DNA from: an uncultured Candidatus Saccharibacteria bacterium | Lineage (GTDB): Bacteria; Patescibacteriota; Minisyncoccia; Phycocordibacterales; UBA9973 | Length of the DNA stretch: 64,000 bases | Assembly: GCA_964482735.1 (NCBI GenBank) | Contig: CAYZYV010000002.1 | Span: forward strand, 22,061 to 86,060 | Direction: 5' to 3' | In this document: positions 9,328 to 19,829 of the stretch, one piece after another | How the letters are laid out: each line of letters begins with the position of its first letter | Position numbering within the stretch: the first letter of the stretch is position 1 | The notes under the pieces: model-generated | Databases searched by the model: none | What the model saw: only the letters and a program-made list of their open reading frames with translations | Told to the model about the DNA's origin: nothing | Position numbers and translations under genes: made by a program

Positions 9328-9355
9328 AGTATAGTATAAAAAATTCTTTTGTCAA
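9328..9355 (-). promoter_or_regulatory. Sigma70 promoter
   Basis: TTGACA-16-TATACT on the minus strand. Confidence 0.65.
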
Positions 9356-9376
9356 CAGAAGAATAATTTTCCTTGC

Positions 9377-11395
9377 TTACTTTTCTAATACTGTATAAGC
9401 AGTTGTGGTTTCCGGGTAGTAAAAATCTCCACTCCATTTTTCATAAACGTCACCATCTGAACTCCCACAAGTTCCTCCAGGATATGTACATTCAAAATGT
9501 TTTCCAGAAGCATTTTGAATTGTCCACTTAATCCTTATCGGAGTTCCTTTAGTTACTGTAATTTTACCATCCACTGACTCTTCACCCGTGTTTTCATTTC
9601 TAGCAGTTACTGTTACTGTCGCTTGAGAGGTAGGAATTTCAGGTATAATTACATTATAAGCTAGAGGAATATTTACCGCTATTTCTTGAAGACCATCCAT
9701 ATACGCATGTCCAGAAATAACAATATTACTGGAGTTAGTAGCCGCCGAAAGAAATGTATTCTCAGCGTAGAGTTCATCTCCTCCACATACAATTGATTCT
9801 CCAGAGAAGTCTAGCTTTTGCGTATCTAACTGGTTGGCAGTGGCGTAGAGAGGTATAGTAGAACAATGTCCAACCTTATCATAATAAACAGATGTGTTTA
9901 GTTTTATATCATCCCCATAAGAATAATCACTTTTGTCTAAGTTTGTGTTTAAAACTATTGTTCCATAAGTTGAGCTTGGGTCATAATAAGTATCTACTCT
10001 ATCTGCTGTTATGTAGTACGTCTCCGCCTTAACCACTCCACCTGGAATAAATGAAATAGCTAGAGCGAATAGAATAGCAAGCATAGCTCCTTCAATGTGA
10101 CCACTCTTTGGTTTGTCATCATGGTGATCATCTTTCTTCTTTAGATTCTTAAAGTAGATAACTAATCCTGCGATTACAAGAAGTACAAGGATGATAATAG
10201 CAATGATACCCATCTTACCCGAGAATAAATTAGTCTTTTCATTAGCTTCAAATATCAAAGCTTTTTGATCAAGTATCTTACCTGTAGCATCTAATAGAGA
10301 GATGGTTACTTCTGGATCATCACATGACTTACTAATAGTAACTGGTATCTCTATGAATCCCACTCCTGCCATTTGTGTATTTATTGGACTTTCTATACAA
10401 GATCTCTTATTTTTATTAACTATATCTGCTTGTAGAGAGATAGATGTTAGTTCCTCTTTATTCTTAGCTGATGAAGTCCAGAAGAATGCAATCTTGGCAG
10501 TTTCGTTTGCGTTGTATGAGTTCTTATCCAATGAGACGTTTTGAATTGTGGCACTGAGACCGGAGATGGTGTAAGACATCAATATGTAATTAGATTTAAT
10601 TCCGTTTGTCTCAAAATAAACCTTAGTGATATAACTTTGAGGTACTACTACTTTAGGTAATGTAAGTTTAACTAACTTTTCTTCCAAAGGTCTAAGCAAA
10701 ATGGGATTAACATCTCCACCTAGTTGAGAAACTTCTTCCCCATAAATTGTCCTATAGTGAGTTTCAAAATTAGGGTTAGTTGTTACCTCTTCGTTTAGGT
10801 TATTTTTTATGTAACAAGAAAGCACGATTTTGTCTTCCTTGGAAACTATATTCCCTCTTTCATCTTCTAGTTTGATACTTCCAGCTCTTTCTATTTCAGT
10901 TGAACAAGTTTCGCTCAAGATTTCTAGAGTCTCCATCTGTTTTGTAAAACTAACCGCCCCAAGATCTGCAATACCTAAAGGAAGACCACTATAATTACGA
11001 GCAGATATGAATACATTGTAGGTACCATCTAAATTAACTGGTGCGGTGTATTTAACAGTTTTAGAAATACTAGAATTGGCAGCTACACTTAGAACTTCAG
11101 GAAATACGTATTCATCTATAGTTTTTTGGACTTTGCTTTCTTTATCTACTACACGAATACCATACTTAACACCAGATTGTGCTCCTTGTTTATTGTTAAT
11201 ATTAAAAGAAATTTCCAAGGTGTTTCCTGTTTGGGATATTATTTTAGCGTCTTGTACGTTAATTTCAGCAAGTACGATTGTCTTGCCCTCTAGTTTTTTT
11301 TCTGTGGAGATTTTTTCTTCCGCCATTACCTTTATTGAAAAGGCAAATGAAAAAATTAGAACGATTGCTATTAAAGAGAACTTTGTTAATTTCAT
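9377..11395 (-). CDS. Large exported/membrane beta-rich protein with two extracellular regions
   Basis: Signal peptide MKLTK...VMA|E; central TM, short charged loop, second hydrophobic segment. Confidence 0.75.
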   Translation of the reverse strand: MKLTKFSLIAIVLIFSFAFSIKVMAEEKISTEKKLEGKTIVLAEINVQDAKIISQTGNTLEISFNINNKQGAQSGVKYGIRVVDKESKVQKTIDEYVFPEVLSVAANSSISKTVKYTAPVNLDGTYNVFISARNYSGLPLGIADLGAVSFTKQMETLEILSETCSTEIERAGSIKLEDERGNIVSKEDKIVLSCYIKNNLNEEVTTNPNFETHYRTIYGEEVSQLGGDVNPILLRPLEEKLVKLTLPKVVVPQSYITKVYFETNGIKSNYILMSYTISGLSATIQNVSLDKNSYNANETAKIAFFWTSSAKNKEELTSISLQADIVNKNKRSCIESPINTQMAGVGFIEIPVTISKSCDDPEVTISLLDATGKILDQKALIFEANEKTNLFSGKMGIIAIIILVLLVIAGLVIYFKNLKKKDDHHDDKPKSGHIEGAMLAILFALAISFIPGGVVKAETYYITADRVDTYYDPSSTYGTIVLNTNLDKSDYSYGDDIKLNTSVYYDKVGHCSTIPLYATANQLDTQKLDFSGESIVCGGDELYAENTFLSAATNSSNIVISGHAYMDGLQEIAVNIPLAYNVIIPEIPTSQATVTVTARNENTGEESVDGKITVTKGTPIRIKWTIQNASGKHFECTYPGGTCGSSDGDVYEKWSGDFYYPETTTAYTVLEK

Positions 11396-11474
11396 ATTTT
11401 TAAAAATTAAAACTAATAATATAAACAATTATGAATTGATATAATTATACCACAAAATAATAATGCAACAAAAA

Positions 11475-12602
11475 TTATTTACTGATATTTTTCTCTTCCA
11501 AAGTCTTACTCTTATATTGAGAAATATTTAAAATTACCCCAACTACCCCTAGAGACAGCAATAAGGCTGTTCCTCCGTGAGATATAAAGACGAGCGGGAC
11601 TCCGGTTAATGGAAAAACCCCAATCGAAGAAGCTATATTCATATACGACTGTGCGGTTATGATAGTTACAAAACCAATAACAAGTAGTTTACTAAATGAA
11701 TCCGGAGCGTTTTTGGTAGCTATTCTGTACCCACGTAAAATAAAAGCCAAATACAATAATATAATTAAAATACTACCGATGAAACCAATTTCTTCTCCTA
11801 TTACAGCAAATATAGAATCACCCTGTGGTTCTGGTAAGTAGTTAAATTTTTGAATACTTTGACCTAGCCCACGTCCTGTTATTCCACCAGATCCTATGGC
11901 TATCAAGGATTGTTGAAGTTGGTAAGATTTTGTTTGGCTATTTTCTTGTGGGTTAATAAAAGTCTCTACTCTGTCTCTTAGGTATGGAGTAAAATAAACA
12001 AGTATAGAAAAACCAACAATAGCAATACCAAAAAAGATGGCTAGATGTTTAATTGGAGCACCGGATACAAAAAGCATAATAAGAGCTGTGGTGGTTATTA
12101 AAATTAAACTCTTGGTGTCAGGTTGTTTTAGTAAGATGGCCGCTATTGCCCCTATTAAAATTATTAAGGGTAATATTGAAAAAAGCGGGTTTTTTACTTT
12201 TGTTTTAGCCCATGATAACCAAGCTGAGAAATAAATAATAAATCCTATTTTTAAAAGCTCTACGGGTTGGAACGAATATCCAAAAACACTAATCCACCTG
12301 CTTGCCCCTTTAAATTTCAAACCAACACCTGGTACAAAAACTAAGAGTGTTGCAGCAATAGCTAAAATGAATAGAACCAAAGAATATTTTCTAATAATTT
12401 TGTACGGTATTTTATATCCAATGTATAAAGCGATAAGTCCTCCAATAAAACCTAAAACAAATTGGCTAAAAAGGACATTATTAAATTCAACTTCACTTTT
12501 AGCAAGTATCCCGAGAGATGCAGATGTGAAAGTTATGAGCCCTATAAAAACTAGAGCCATAACTATACCCAAGAAAGTTTTATCTATAGTTCCCTTTTTC
12601 AT
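11475..12602 (-). CDS. ftsW: SEDS peptidoglycan polymerase FtsW
   Basis: GASRWI, QPVE..K, QPD, LPE...DSIFA.IGEE.G, PLTGVPLVFISHGGT; TAATG overlap with mraY. Confidence 0.92.
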   Translation of the reverse strand: MKKGTIDKTFLGIVMALVFIGLITFTSASLGILAKSEVEFNNVLFSQFVLGFIGGLIALYIGYKIPYKIIRKYSLVLFILAIAATLLVFVPGVGLKFKGASRWISVFGYSFQPVELLKIGFIIYFSAWLSWAKTKVKNPLFSILPLIILIGAIAAILLKQPDTKSLILITTTALIMLFVSGAPIKHLAIFFGIAIVGFSILVYFTPYLRDRVETFINPQENSQTKSYQLQQSLIAIGSGGITGRGLGQSIQKFNYLPEPQGDSIFAVIGEEIGFIGSILIILLYLAFILRGYRIATKNAPDSFSKLLVIGFVTIITAQSYMNIASSIGVFPLTGVPLVFISHGGTALLLSLGVVGVILNISQYKSKTLEEKNISK

Positions 12603-13660
12603 TAACTTATTATAGAAACGATTACACCTATAACAGAAGTTATAATGCTGATTATCCAATACCTCATGGTTACTTTATATTTTGGCCACCCCCTTGCTTC
12701 AAAATGATGGTGGAGAGGTGCAATTAGAAATACTCTTTTACCGTGTCTAAGTTTAACTGAAAGTATTTGTATAAACGCGGAAAGAGATGTGATGACAAGA
12801 GGAAAAGCAATAATAGGTAAAAGCAAAACGGTATTAGTTAAAAATGCAATGACAGAAATAGTAACTGTTAATCCAATCATTCCTGTTTCTCCCATATAAA
12901 ATCTAGCCGGAGGAATATTGAACCAAAGAAAAGCTAGAATGGCACCAGTTACAACCCCACAAAAAGTTGCAATATCCAATTGATTGTTAAAATAAGCGAT
13001 AAGGGTGTAAGCCATAAAAATAGTTCCTAACACTCCTCCAGACAATCCGTCTATCCCATCTATAATGCTTGTAGACCATAACGATAGCATAACCAACATA
13101 AAGAATGGTATAAAAAGGTAACCCAAACTAATGTACCCTACCCATGGTATATAAAGACTACTAACTCCTAGTTTTACGTAAAACCATAGTCCTATGATTA
13201 ACCCGAGCAACAATATAACTGTTATTTTTAAATAACGAAGGACCATTGGATCCTTACTCCATTTACCCATTCCAAAAATTTGAAGAAAGTCATCTGCTAA
13301 TCCTATGATTGAGGCCACTATCAAAGAAATAAATGGTAATAGCGTTTGGTTTCGGCTAATAAAATTTAATTTTTCAGTAAGTTCATTACCTAAAAAGTAA
13401 TCAGCAACTAGAACTGCTGCAACTGTCAAAATAACAGATACCCAAATTATCATACCCCCTACTCTAGGAGTGGAGATTTCTGAGGCCACATCATGTATCT
13501 TAGAAAACTTATTATTTTCATCATTAATAATATTTTTATCTCTTGAAACTTTTTTCCACATTTTATATTTATAAAAGTAATGTGTGGCTAGTGGAGTTAT
13601 AAAAATTCCAATAGTGAAAGCTGTAACTGCGGGTAAAAATATTTTTAATGCATTAATCAT
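12602..13660 (-). CDS. mraY: Phospho-MurNAc-pentapeptide transferase
   Basis: TPRVGG, GLADD, DGIDGL, PARFYMGETG, APLHHHFE. Confidence 0.95.
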   Translation of the reverse strand: MINALKIFLPAVTAFTIGIFITPLATHYFYKYKMWKKVSRDKNIINDENNKFSKIHDVASEISTPRVGGMIIWVSVILTVAAVLVADYFLGNELTEKLNFISRNQTLLPFISLIVASIIGLADDFLQIFGMGKWSKDPMVLRYLKITVILLLGLIIGLWFYVKLGVSSLYIPWVGYISLGYLFIPFFMLVMLSLWSTSIIDGIDGLSGGVLGTIFMAYTLIAYFNNQLDIATFCGVVTGAILAFLWFNIPPARFYMGETGMIGLTVTISVIAFLTNTVLLLPIIAFPLVITSLSAFIQILSVKLRHGKRVFLIAPLHHHFEARGWPKYKVTMRYWIISIITSVIGVIVSIIS

Positions 13661-14192
13661 TGTTTTCTGTGGTATTGTTAATTTCTAATAATTGAGAACG
13701 GATTTCTTCATAGTTTGGTAAATCTTTAATAGATTTAATTCCAAGATAAGTTAAAGTGTCGAATGTTGGTTTATATAGGAATCTTCGGCTGTCTTTAGGG
13801 TCTATTATTTTTTCGATTAAACCTCTAACCAATAGATTTCTTAAAATAAAGCTAGAATTAACTCCTCTAATATAGTCAATCTCACTTCTAGTCACGCCGT
13901 CTTTGTATATGATAATAGAGAGCGTCTCTAGAGAAGATTTTGTTAACTCTTTAGTTATCTCGTCTTTTCTCATCTCTTCTAGGATAGGGCTAAGTTCTCC
14001 TCTGATACCTAGAATAACTCGATTATCTTTTCTCACTAATATCAAGCCCCTATTAGTAAGAGATTCATCCAAGCGCACAAGAGCTTCTTCTACTTCCGGT
14101 ATCTCTACTTTAAAAATTTCAGCGATTTTCTTTATTTCAAGATCTTCTCCTTTATAAAAGAGCAGCCCTTCTATTTTTGATTCTAGATTCAT
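13653..14192 (-). CDS. scpB: SMC-Scp complex subunit ScpB
   Basis: LETLSIIIY...TRSEIDYIRGVNS, L.DLP. Confidence 0.93.
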   Translation of the reverse strand: MNLESKIEGLLFYKGEDLEIKKIAEIFKVEIPEVEEALVRLDESLTNRGLILVRKDNRVILGIRGELSPILEEMRKDEITKELTKSSLETLSIIIYKDGVTRSEIDYIRGVNSSFILRNLLVRGLIEKIIDPKDSRRFLYKPTFDTLTYLGIKSIKDLPNYEEIRSQLLEINNTTENND

Positions 14193-14208
14193 ATTTAAAT
14201 AATCTCAC

Positions 14209-14991
14209 TTAATTTGTTACTAATTCTTCATTGACCTTATTGTTTTGATTGATTTCAATTTCTCCAAAAGAAGAGTTCTGTATTACTCCGATAACTCCTT
14301 CTCTGACTAATTCTAGCATAGCCAAGAAAGAAATTATAACTTCAGATCTGGCTTCTTCTACGGGTTTAGAACCATCACCCTTTGTTAAATCTCGAAAAGA
14401 GAGTTTTACTGCAGTTTTAATTCTCTCTGTTATATTGTTTATCACTTCTTCGATATTAATGACCTTCTTTACTTCAATCTCTGGTAGACTAATCTCCTTT
14501 TTGGGAGCATTAATTATTGCATTTTTAACGGAAGCCAACATATTTTCTGGTGTGATTAATGGATCAGGAGAAAAAATAGGATCACTCCATATTCTTTCAA
14601 CTGGCATAAAAATAATATCCTTTGCAAAAATTTTATTAACTTCTATTCCTGCAGACTTAAAAATTTGGTAAATTTTTAGTCTTTTTTCTAAATCAGTGAT
14701 ATCTTCTTTCTCGTCTTCTGTTAGTGACAAGTTTGGCAAGAGAGATTTTGATTTAATTAAAATCAAGGTCGAAGCGATAAGAACAAAATAAGAAACATCC
14801 TCTATGTGTTTTTCGTTTGGAATTTCATTCAGAGACTTTAAATAAGAGATGTAATCGTTGGTTACGTCTGCAAGTGATAACTCGTTAATAAAAAATTTCT
14901 TATTTTCTATTAACGAAAGGAGCAAATCGAGTGGCCCCTCGAATGCTCCTGCTCGGACACTATATGGAGATATAATATCCTCTGTGGTCAT
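14209..14991 (-). CDS. scpA: Kleisin ScpA
   Basis: FEGPLDLLL.LI, LIKSKSLLP, FLAMLEL. Confidence 0.93.
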   Translation of the reverse strand: MTTEDIISPYSVRAGAFEGPLDLLLSLIENKKFFINELSLADVTNDYISYLKSLNEIPNEKHIEDVSYFVLIASTLILIKSKSLLPNLSLTEDEKEDITDLEKRLKIYQIFKSAGIEVNKIFAKDIIFMPVERIWSDPIFSPDPLITPENMLASVKNAIINAPKKEISLPEIEVKKVINIEEVINNITERIKTAVKLSFRDLTKGDGSKPVEEARSEVIISFLAMLELVREGVIGVIQNSSFGEIEINQNNKVNEELVTN

Positions 14992-14992
14992 A

Positions 14993-16417
14993 TTATTTTT
15001 TCGGCTTGATTATTTCTATACTTAATTCTTTTAGTTGTTTTGCTGATACTTCTGAAGGAGATTCCATCATTAAGTCTTTTGCTTCTCCTGTTTTAGGAAA
15101 TGTAATAACCTCTCTTATGTTTGGTTCGTTTTCTAATAGCATTAGTACTCGGTCAAACCCCCAAGCAATTCCTCCATGTGGAGGTGTTCCTGATCCCAAT
15201 GCTCCAAGCATGTGTCCAAAGTTGTGATTGATATCATCTTCTTTGTGTCCAATTATTTCCAAAACTTTCTTAAGCATGTCTGGCTCATGAGCTCTAATAC
15301 TTCCTCCTCCTATTTCAAAACCATTTAGGATAATATCGTATTGAGTAGTTAAAATTTCTCCTATGTTTTTACCTTCCATTAGCCAACCCTTGTGTTCTTT
15401 AACTGGTCCTGAGAAAGGATTGTGTGTAAATGTCCATTCACCTTCTGTGTTTGGATTATCTGATTTGTCTGTTCTTTCAAAAAATGGAAAGTCTATCACC
15501 CAACAAAAAGCCAAAAGGTCTGGATCCTCTTTGTTTTCTCTTATATCAGGTCTATCATTACCGTATTTTTCCATTGCATCCTTATAGGTAATTTTTGGGA
15601 AAGGAATTTGTTGTATTTTTTTATGAGGATACAATTCTTTCACCATTGCTATAAGTAATCTTTCATTTACATCCATAACATCCTCTCTGTCTACGAAACT
15701 CATTTCCATATCCAACTGAGTAAATTCTGGCTGTCTATCACCTCTTGAATCTTCATCTCTCATACATCTTGCTAGTTGGAAATATCTTTCCATTCCAGCA
15801 GACATAAGCAGTTGTTTGTATTGTTGAGGAGATTGAGGTAGAGCGTAAAATGTTCCTTTGTAAACCCTTGAAGGAACGATGAAATCTCGAGCACCTTCTG
15901 GTGTTGATTTTGTTAAAATAGGAGTTTCTATCTCAATGAAATTTTCTTTATCCAAGAAATCTCTGACAAACTTAGCCATTTTGTGTCTATTCCTTATATT
16001 CTTTTGCAAACGAGGTCTTCTTAGATCTATATAACGATATTGAAGTCTACGATCTTCTCCAATTTCTCGTCCATCTGTCGTAACATCAAATTGAGGAGTT
16101 ATGGCCTTATTTAGAACTTCGATATTGGTGATTTCAAGTTCAATATCTCCATTAAGAACTTCTTCTTTTATATTTTTATCAGGTCTCTTATTAACTAGTC
16201 CTGTAATCTTTAAAACCCATTCATTACGAACCTCCTTTACTTTTTCCATTGCTTCTGTGTGATTTGGTAAGACCACGCACTGTACCTTACCAGTCATGTC
16301 TCGCAAGTCCATAAAGACCAACTTACCCTGATCTCTTCGAACATCAACCCACCCAGCAATAACAACTTCTTGACCAACAAAACTACTTAAATCTTTTATG
16401 TATTTTCTTTCTTTCAT
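14993..16417 (-). CDS. aspS: Aspartate-tRNA ligase, short form lacking the GAD insertion
   Basis: OB fold, TPEGARDF, LPQSPQ, RQPEFTQLD, PPHGGIAWG. Confidence 0.95.
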   Translation of the reverse strand: MKERKYIKDLSSFVGQEVVIAGWVDVRRDQGKLVFMDLRDMTGKVQCVVLPNHTEAMEKVKEVRNEWVLKITGLVNKRPDKNIKEEVLNGDIELEITNIEVLNKAITPQFDVTTDGREIGEDRRLQYRYIDLRRPRLQKNIRNRHKMAKFVRDFLDKENFIEIETPILTKSTPEGARDFIVPSRVYKGTFYALPQSPQQYKQLLMSAGMERYFQLARCMRDEDSRGDRQPEFTQLDMEMSFVDREDVMDVNERLLIAMVKELYPHKKIQQIPFPKITYKDAMEKYGNDRPDIRENKEDPDLLAFCWVIDFPFFERTDKSDNPNTEGEWTFTHNPFSGPVKEHKGWLMEGKNIGEILTTQYDIILNGFEIGGGSIRAHEPDMLKKVLEIIGHKEDDINHNFGHMLGALGSGTPPHGGIAWGFDRVLMLLENEPNIREVITFPKTGEAKDLMMESPSEVSAKQLKELSIEIIKPKK

Positions 16418-16437
16418 ATCTTTTAAAATTATAATAA

Positions 16438-16656
16438 TTATTTGTTAACAATTTTATCAAGTTTACCTGCTGGGTAACCAATCAGATATACAAGACTAGC
16501 GACTATCCAATAAAACGGAGCAAATGCATACCATATCACTACATCATCTTTTTCCATTCCCAGATACCATTTTTTTAATTTCTTGAATCCATTTTTAAGT
16601 GGGACGTTGATGAAGTTTAAGATAAACAACACTAGAGAGTATAAAGCATTTTTCAT
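16438..16656 (-). CDS. Small hypothetical membrane protein
   Basis: 72-aa ORF packed between trpS and aspS on the same strand. Confidence 0.6.
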   Translation of the reverse strand: MKNALYSLVLFILNFINVPLKNGFKKLKKWYLGMEKDDVVIWYAFAPFYWIVASLVYLIGYPAGKLDKIVNK

Positions 16657-16661
16657 ATTTG

Positions 16662-17669
16662 TTAAAAATAAGCTATTTTTATTTTTTCTCTGACCTCTTC
16701 CATTGTACTTCGCGCATATTTTCTCGCCTTCTCTGTTCCCTCCTCTAATATTTTCATGATCTTGTCTGGCTCTTTTGCCAGCTCCTCTCTTCTTTGTCTT
16801 ATCGGACCAATGACACTTTCCATGACTTCTATCAATCTTTTTTTAATCACGACGTCTCCTAGCCCACCTGCTTCGTATTGCTTCTTCAGTTTCTTCACCT
16901 CATCTTTCTCGAGATCAAATATTTCTAAATATTTAAAGACAACATTATTTTTGGTATCTCCTGGATCATTTACATGAATGTGATTTGGATCTGTATACAT
17001 TGACATAACTTTTTTTGATATTTCTTGGTATGTATCTGAGAGATATATAGCATTATCAAGTGACTTCCCCATCTTGGCATTACCATCTATTCCCATCAAT
17101 CTTGGAGTATCACCGACAAGATTTTTTATTTTATCAAAAGTTTTGCCATATAGACGATTGAAATCAATAACAATTTCATTTGCTTGTTCAAGCACTGGCA
17201 ACTGATCTTCCCCGACGGGAATTAAATTACCTCGAAAGGCCAAAATGTCGGCTGCTTGAGAGATCGGATAAGTAAGGAATCCTACAGGCACATTTTCTCC
17301 GAAACCTTTTTGCTTCATTTCGTCTTTGACCGTAGGATTTCTTTTTAATCTAGCTAATGTTACAAGATTCATAAACAATACAGTTAATTCAGCTATTTCA
17401 GGGACTTTGGATTGGATGAACATGACAGTCTTGTCTGGATCAATTCCACAAGCTAAATTATCCAATGCAACTTCAAGCACGTTTTTCCTAACTTTTTCTG
17501 GATTATCGGCATTATCTGTAAGAGCTTGAATATCTGCTATTTCATAGAAGAACAAGTCTGCATCTTTTTGTATTTTTATCCTATTTTGTATAGAACCAAC
17601 AAAATGCCCAATATGCAATCTGCCCGTTGGACGATCTCCTGTAAGTGCTATTGTGCGTTCTTTTTCCAT
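16662..17669 (-). CDS. trpS: Tryptophan-tRNA ligase
   Basis: TGDRPTG.LHIGH, YPISQAADI, PVGEDQ, KMGKS. Confidence 0.97.
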   Translation of the reverse strand: MEKERTIALTGDRPTGRLHIGHFVGSIQNRIKIQKDADLFFYEIADIQALTDNADNPEKVRKNVLEVALDNLACGIDPDKTVMFIQSKVPEIAELTVLFMNLVTLARLKRNPTVKDEMKQKGFGENVPVGFLTYPISQAADILAFRGNLIPVGEDQLPVLEQANEIVIDFNRLYGKTFDKIKNLVGDTPRLMGIDGNAKMGKSLDNAIYLSDTYQEISKKVMSMYTDPNHIHVNDPGDTKNNVVFKYLEIFDLEKDEVKKLKKQYEAGGLGDVVIKKRLIEVMESVIGPIRQRREELAKEPDKIMKILEEGTEKARKYARSTMEEVREKIKIAYF

Positions 17670-17773
17670 AATCTATATAATACCAAAAATAAATAAGTTT
17701 TGCACATTTTAATAACATATTTATCCAAAAAATGGATTTTTGGGTTTCGGGGTGTTGTGTTACAATAATTCTT

Positions 17774-19168
17774 ATGACACAGAAATCACCATCACAAATA
17801 AAAATACCTCCTCAAAATATAGAGGCAGAAAAAGCTATACTAGGGTCTATCATGCTCCGTCCAGGGGCTATTCATGAAGTAACAGATATTATTACCGCTG
17901 ATTCTTTTTACACTTCTAAGCACTCTCAGATTTTTAAAGTAATGCTTGAACTTTCTGCCAAAGGAGAACCGATTGATTTGTTGTCAGTTTCTCACAAACT
18001 AGAAGAAAAGAAAATTCTTGATAGTGTTGGAGGAAGTAGCTATCTTGGAGAGTTAACAAACTCTGTTCCCGCTTCTACTAATATAAAATATTATGCTGAT
18101 ATTGTTTTAAAAAAATATGTACTAAGGAGAATAATTGAAGCCGGAGATTTTATCACAGAACTCGGTTTTCAAGATGATGCAGAAAATGTTTTTGAAGTTT
18201 TAGATCAAGCTGAAAAGAAGATGATGAATATCAATACTGGTGGTAATAGTGCAACTTTCCATTCTCTTAAGGATAGTTTGCCTGAAGCCTGGGAAAGATT
18301 AGAAAAACTTCATGAAAATAAAGGAGAAATTAGAGGTATACCAACAGGATTTAAAGATTTGGATGGTTATTTATCTGGTTTACAAAGATCTGACCTAATA
18401 ATTTTGGCAGCTAGACCTTCTGTCGGTAAGACTACTTTGGCTCTTGATATCGCAAGACAAACTGCTTTGAGACACAACGCCTCTGTTGCGGTTTTCTCTT
18501 TGGAAATGAGTACACAACAATTAGTCGATAGGATGTTGGCTGCAGAGTCCAGAGTTAATGCTTGGCATTTGAGAACCGGAAATCTTTCTACAGAATCAGA
18601 ATTTTCTAAAATTAGAGACTCTTTGGATAGATTATCTAAAGCAAAAATATTCGTAGATGATATGGCTGGTAACTCAATAATTAGAATGAGGTCTGTGTGT
18701 CGAAGAGTTAAGGCAGAACATGGATTGGATTTAATAGTAGTTGACTATTTACAGTTGATGTCTACTTCTAAAAATTATGACAATATGGTCAATCAAGTCA
18801 CAGAAATATCTCGATCGCTCAAAGCTCTTGCTAAGGAATTTAATGTCCCAGTTCTAGCCCTTTCTCAACTTTCCCGTGCTGTTGAATCGAGAGGTGGTAA
18901 ACCAAAACTTTCGGACCTCCGAGATTCTGGTTCTATAGAACAAGATGCCGATGTCGTAATGTTTATACATCGAGAAGATAAAGGAAAAGATGAAAGTGAG
19001 AAAACAAATATAGCAGAAATCCTTATTGAAAAGCATAGAAATGGGCCTGTTGGTAAGGTAGATTTATATTTTGATGAAAAGTTCTCTACTTTTACTTCAA
19101 TAGACAAAACAGATAGTGTTGATCGTATTAGCAATCAAATAAAAGAAACAGAGATAGAAGGTTTCTAA
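17774..19168 (+). CDS. dnaB: Replicative DNA helicase
   Basis: AARPSVGKT, FSLEM, DYLQL, DLRDSGSIEQDAD; start at MTQK. Confidence 0.97.
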   Translation: MTQKSPSQIKIPPQNIEAEKAILGSIMLRPGAIHEVTDIITADSFYTSKHSQIFKVMLELSAKGEPIDLLSVSHKLEEKKILDSVGGSSYLGELTNSVPASTNIKYYADIVLKKYVLRRIIEAGDFITELGFQDDAENVFEVLDQAEKKMMNINTGGNSATFHSLKDSLPEAWERLEKLHENKGEIRGIPTGFKDLDGYLSGLQRSDLIILAARPSVGKTTLALDIARQTALRHNASVAVFSLEMSTQQLVDRMLAAESRVNAWHLRTGNLSTESEFSKIRDSLDRLSKAKIFVDDMAGNSIIRMRSVCRRVKAEHGLDLIVVDYLQLMSTSKNYDNMVNQVTEISRSLKALAKEFNVPVLALSQLSRAVESRGGKPKLSDLRDSGSIEQDADVVMFIHREDKGKDESEKTNIAEILIEKHRNGPVGKVDLYFDEKFSTFTSIDKTDSVDRISNQIKETEIEGF

Positions 19169-19177
19169 AACGGGGGG

Positions 19178-19795
19178 ATGGAAGACTCAATAGAAAAATT
19201 AGCAAAATACTTTAAAGAATTTCCAGGCATAGGAGAAAGACAAGCCAAGCGTTTTGTTTATTTCTTATTACACAAAAATCCTAGTTATGTATCTGAGCTT
19301 GGACACAACATTTTAAATTTAAAGAATAATATTCATCAATGTCCATCCTGTTTTTTGTTTTTTCAATCCCCTGTTGAAGATCTGTGCGAAAATTGTAAAA
19401 ATCCAAAAACAGACAAAAGTTCTCTTTTGGTCGTTGAAAAAGACTCAGATTATGAAAATATAAAAAGAAGTAAAAGTTATAGCGGTTTTTATTTTATACT
19501 TGGTGGGCTAGCTCCTATAATCAATAAAGAGGTTTTAAGCTTTTTGAGAGTAAAAGAATTGTTAAACGTCGTAGAATCTCGAGCGAAGCAAGGAGATCTC
19601 AAGGAAATAATTTTGGCGCTCTCTATAAATCCACAAGGAGAACACACAGATCTTTTCTTGAGAGAAAAGTTATCACCCATCATCCAAAAATATAATATCA
19701 AAATTGTTTCTCTTGGCCGAGGATTATCGACAGGTACAGAACTAGAATATTCAGACAGCGAAACCATCAAGAATGCTCTAAAAAATAGACAATAA
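19178..19795 (+). CDS. recR: Recombination mediator RecR
   Basis: PGIG...A.R, CxxC...CxxC, Toprim, G.ELEY.D. Confidence 0.93.
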   Translation: MEDSIEKLAKYFKEFPGIGERQAKRFVYFLLHKNPSYVSELGHNILNLKNNIHQCPSCFLFFQSPVEDLCENCKNPKTDKSSLLVVEKDSDYENIKRSKSYSGFYFILGGLAPIINKEVLSFLRVKELLNVVESRAKQGDLKEIILALSINPQGEHTDLFLREKLSPIIQKYNIKIVSLGRGLSTGTELEYSDSETIKNALKNRQ

Positions 19796-19829
19796 ACCCC
19801 CTTATCATAAAAACTGATAAGGGGTTTTT
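19794..19829 (+). terminator. Terminator after recR
   Basis: ccccttatca...tgataagggg followed by T run. Confidence 0.75.

Noticed and set aside
17700-17740. Replication origin near dnaB (ttatccaaa)
   Set aside because: Only one imperfect DnaA-box-like match in a ~100-bp divergent promoter region; no box cluster.
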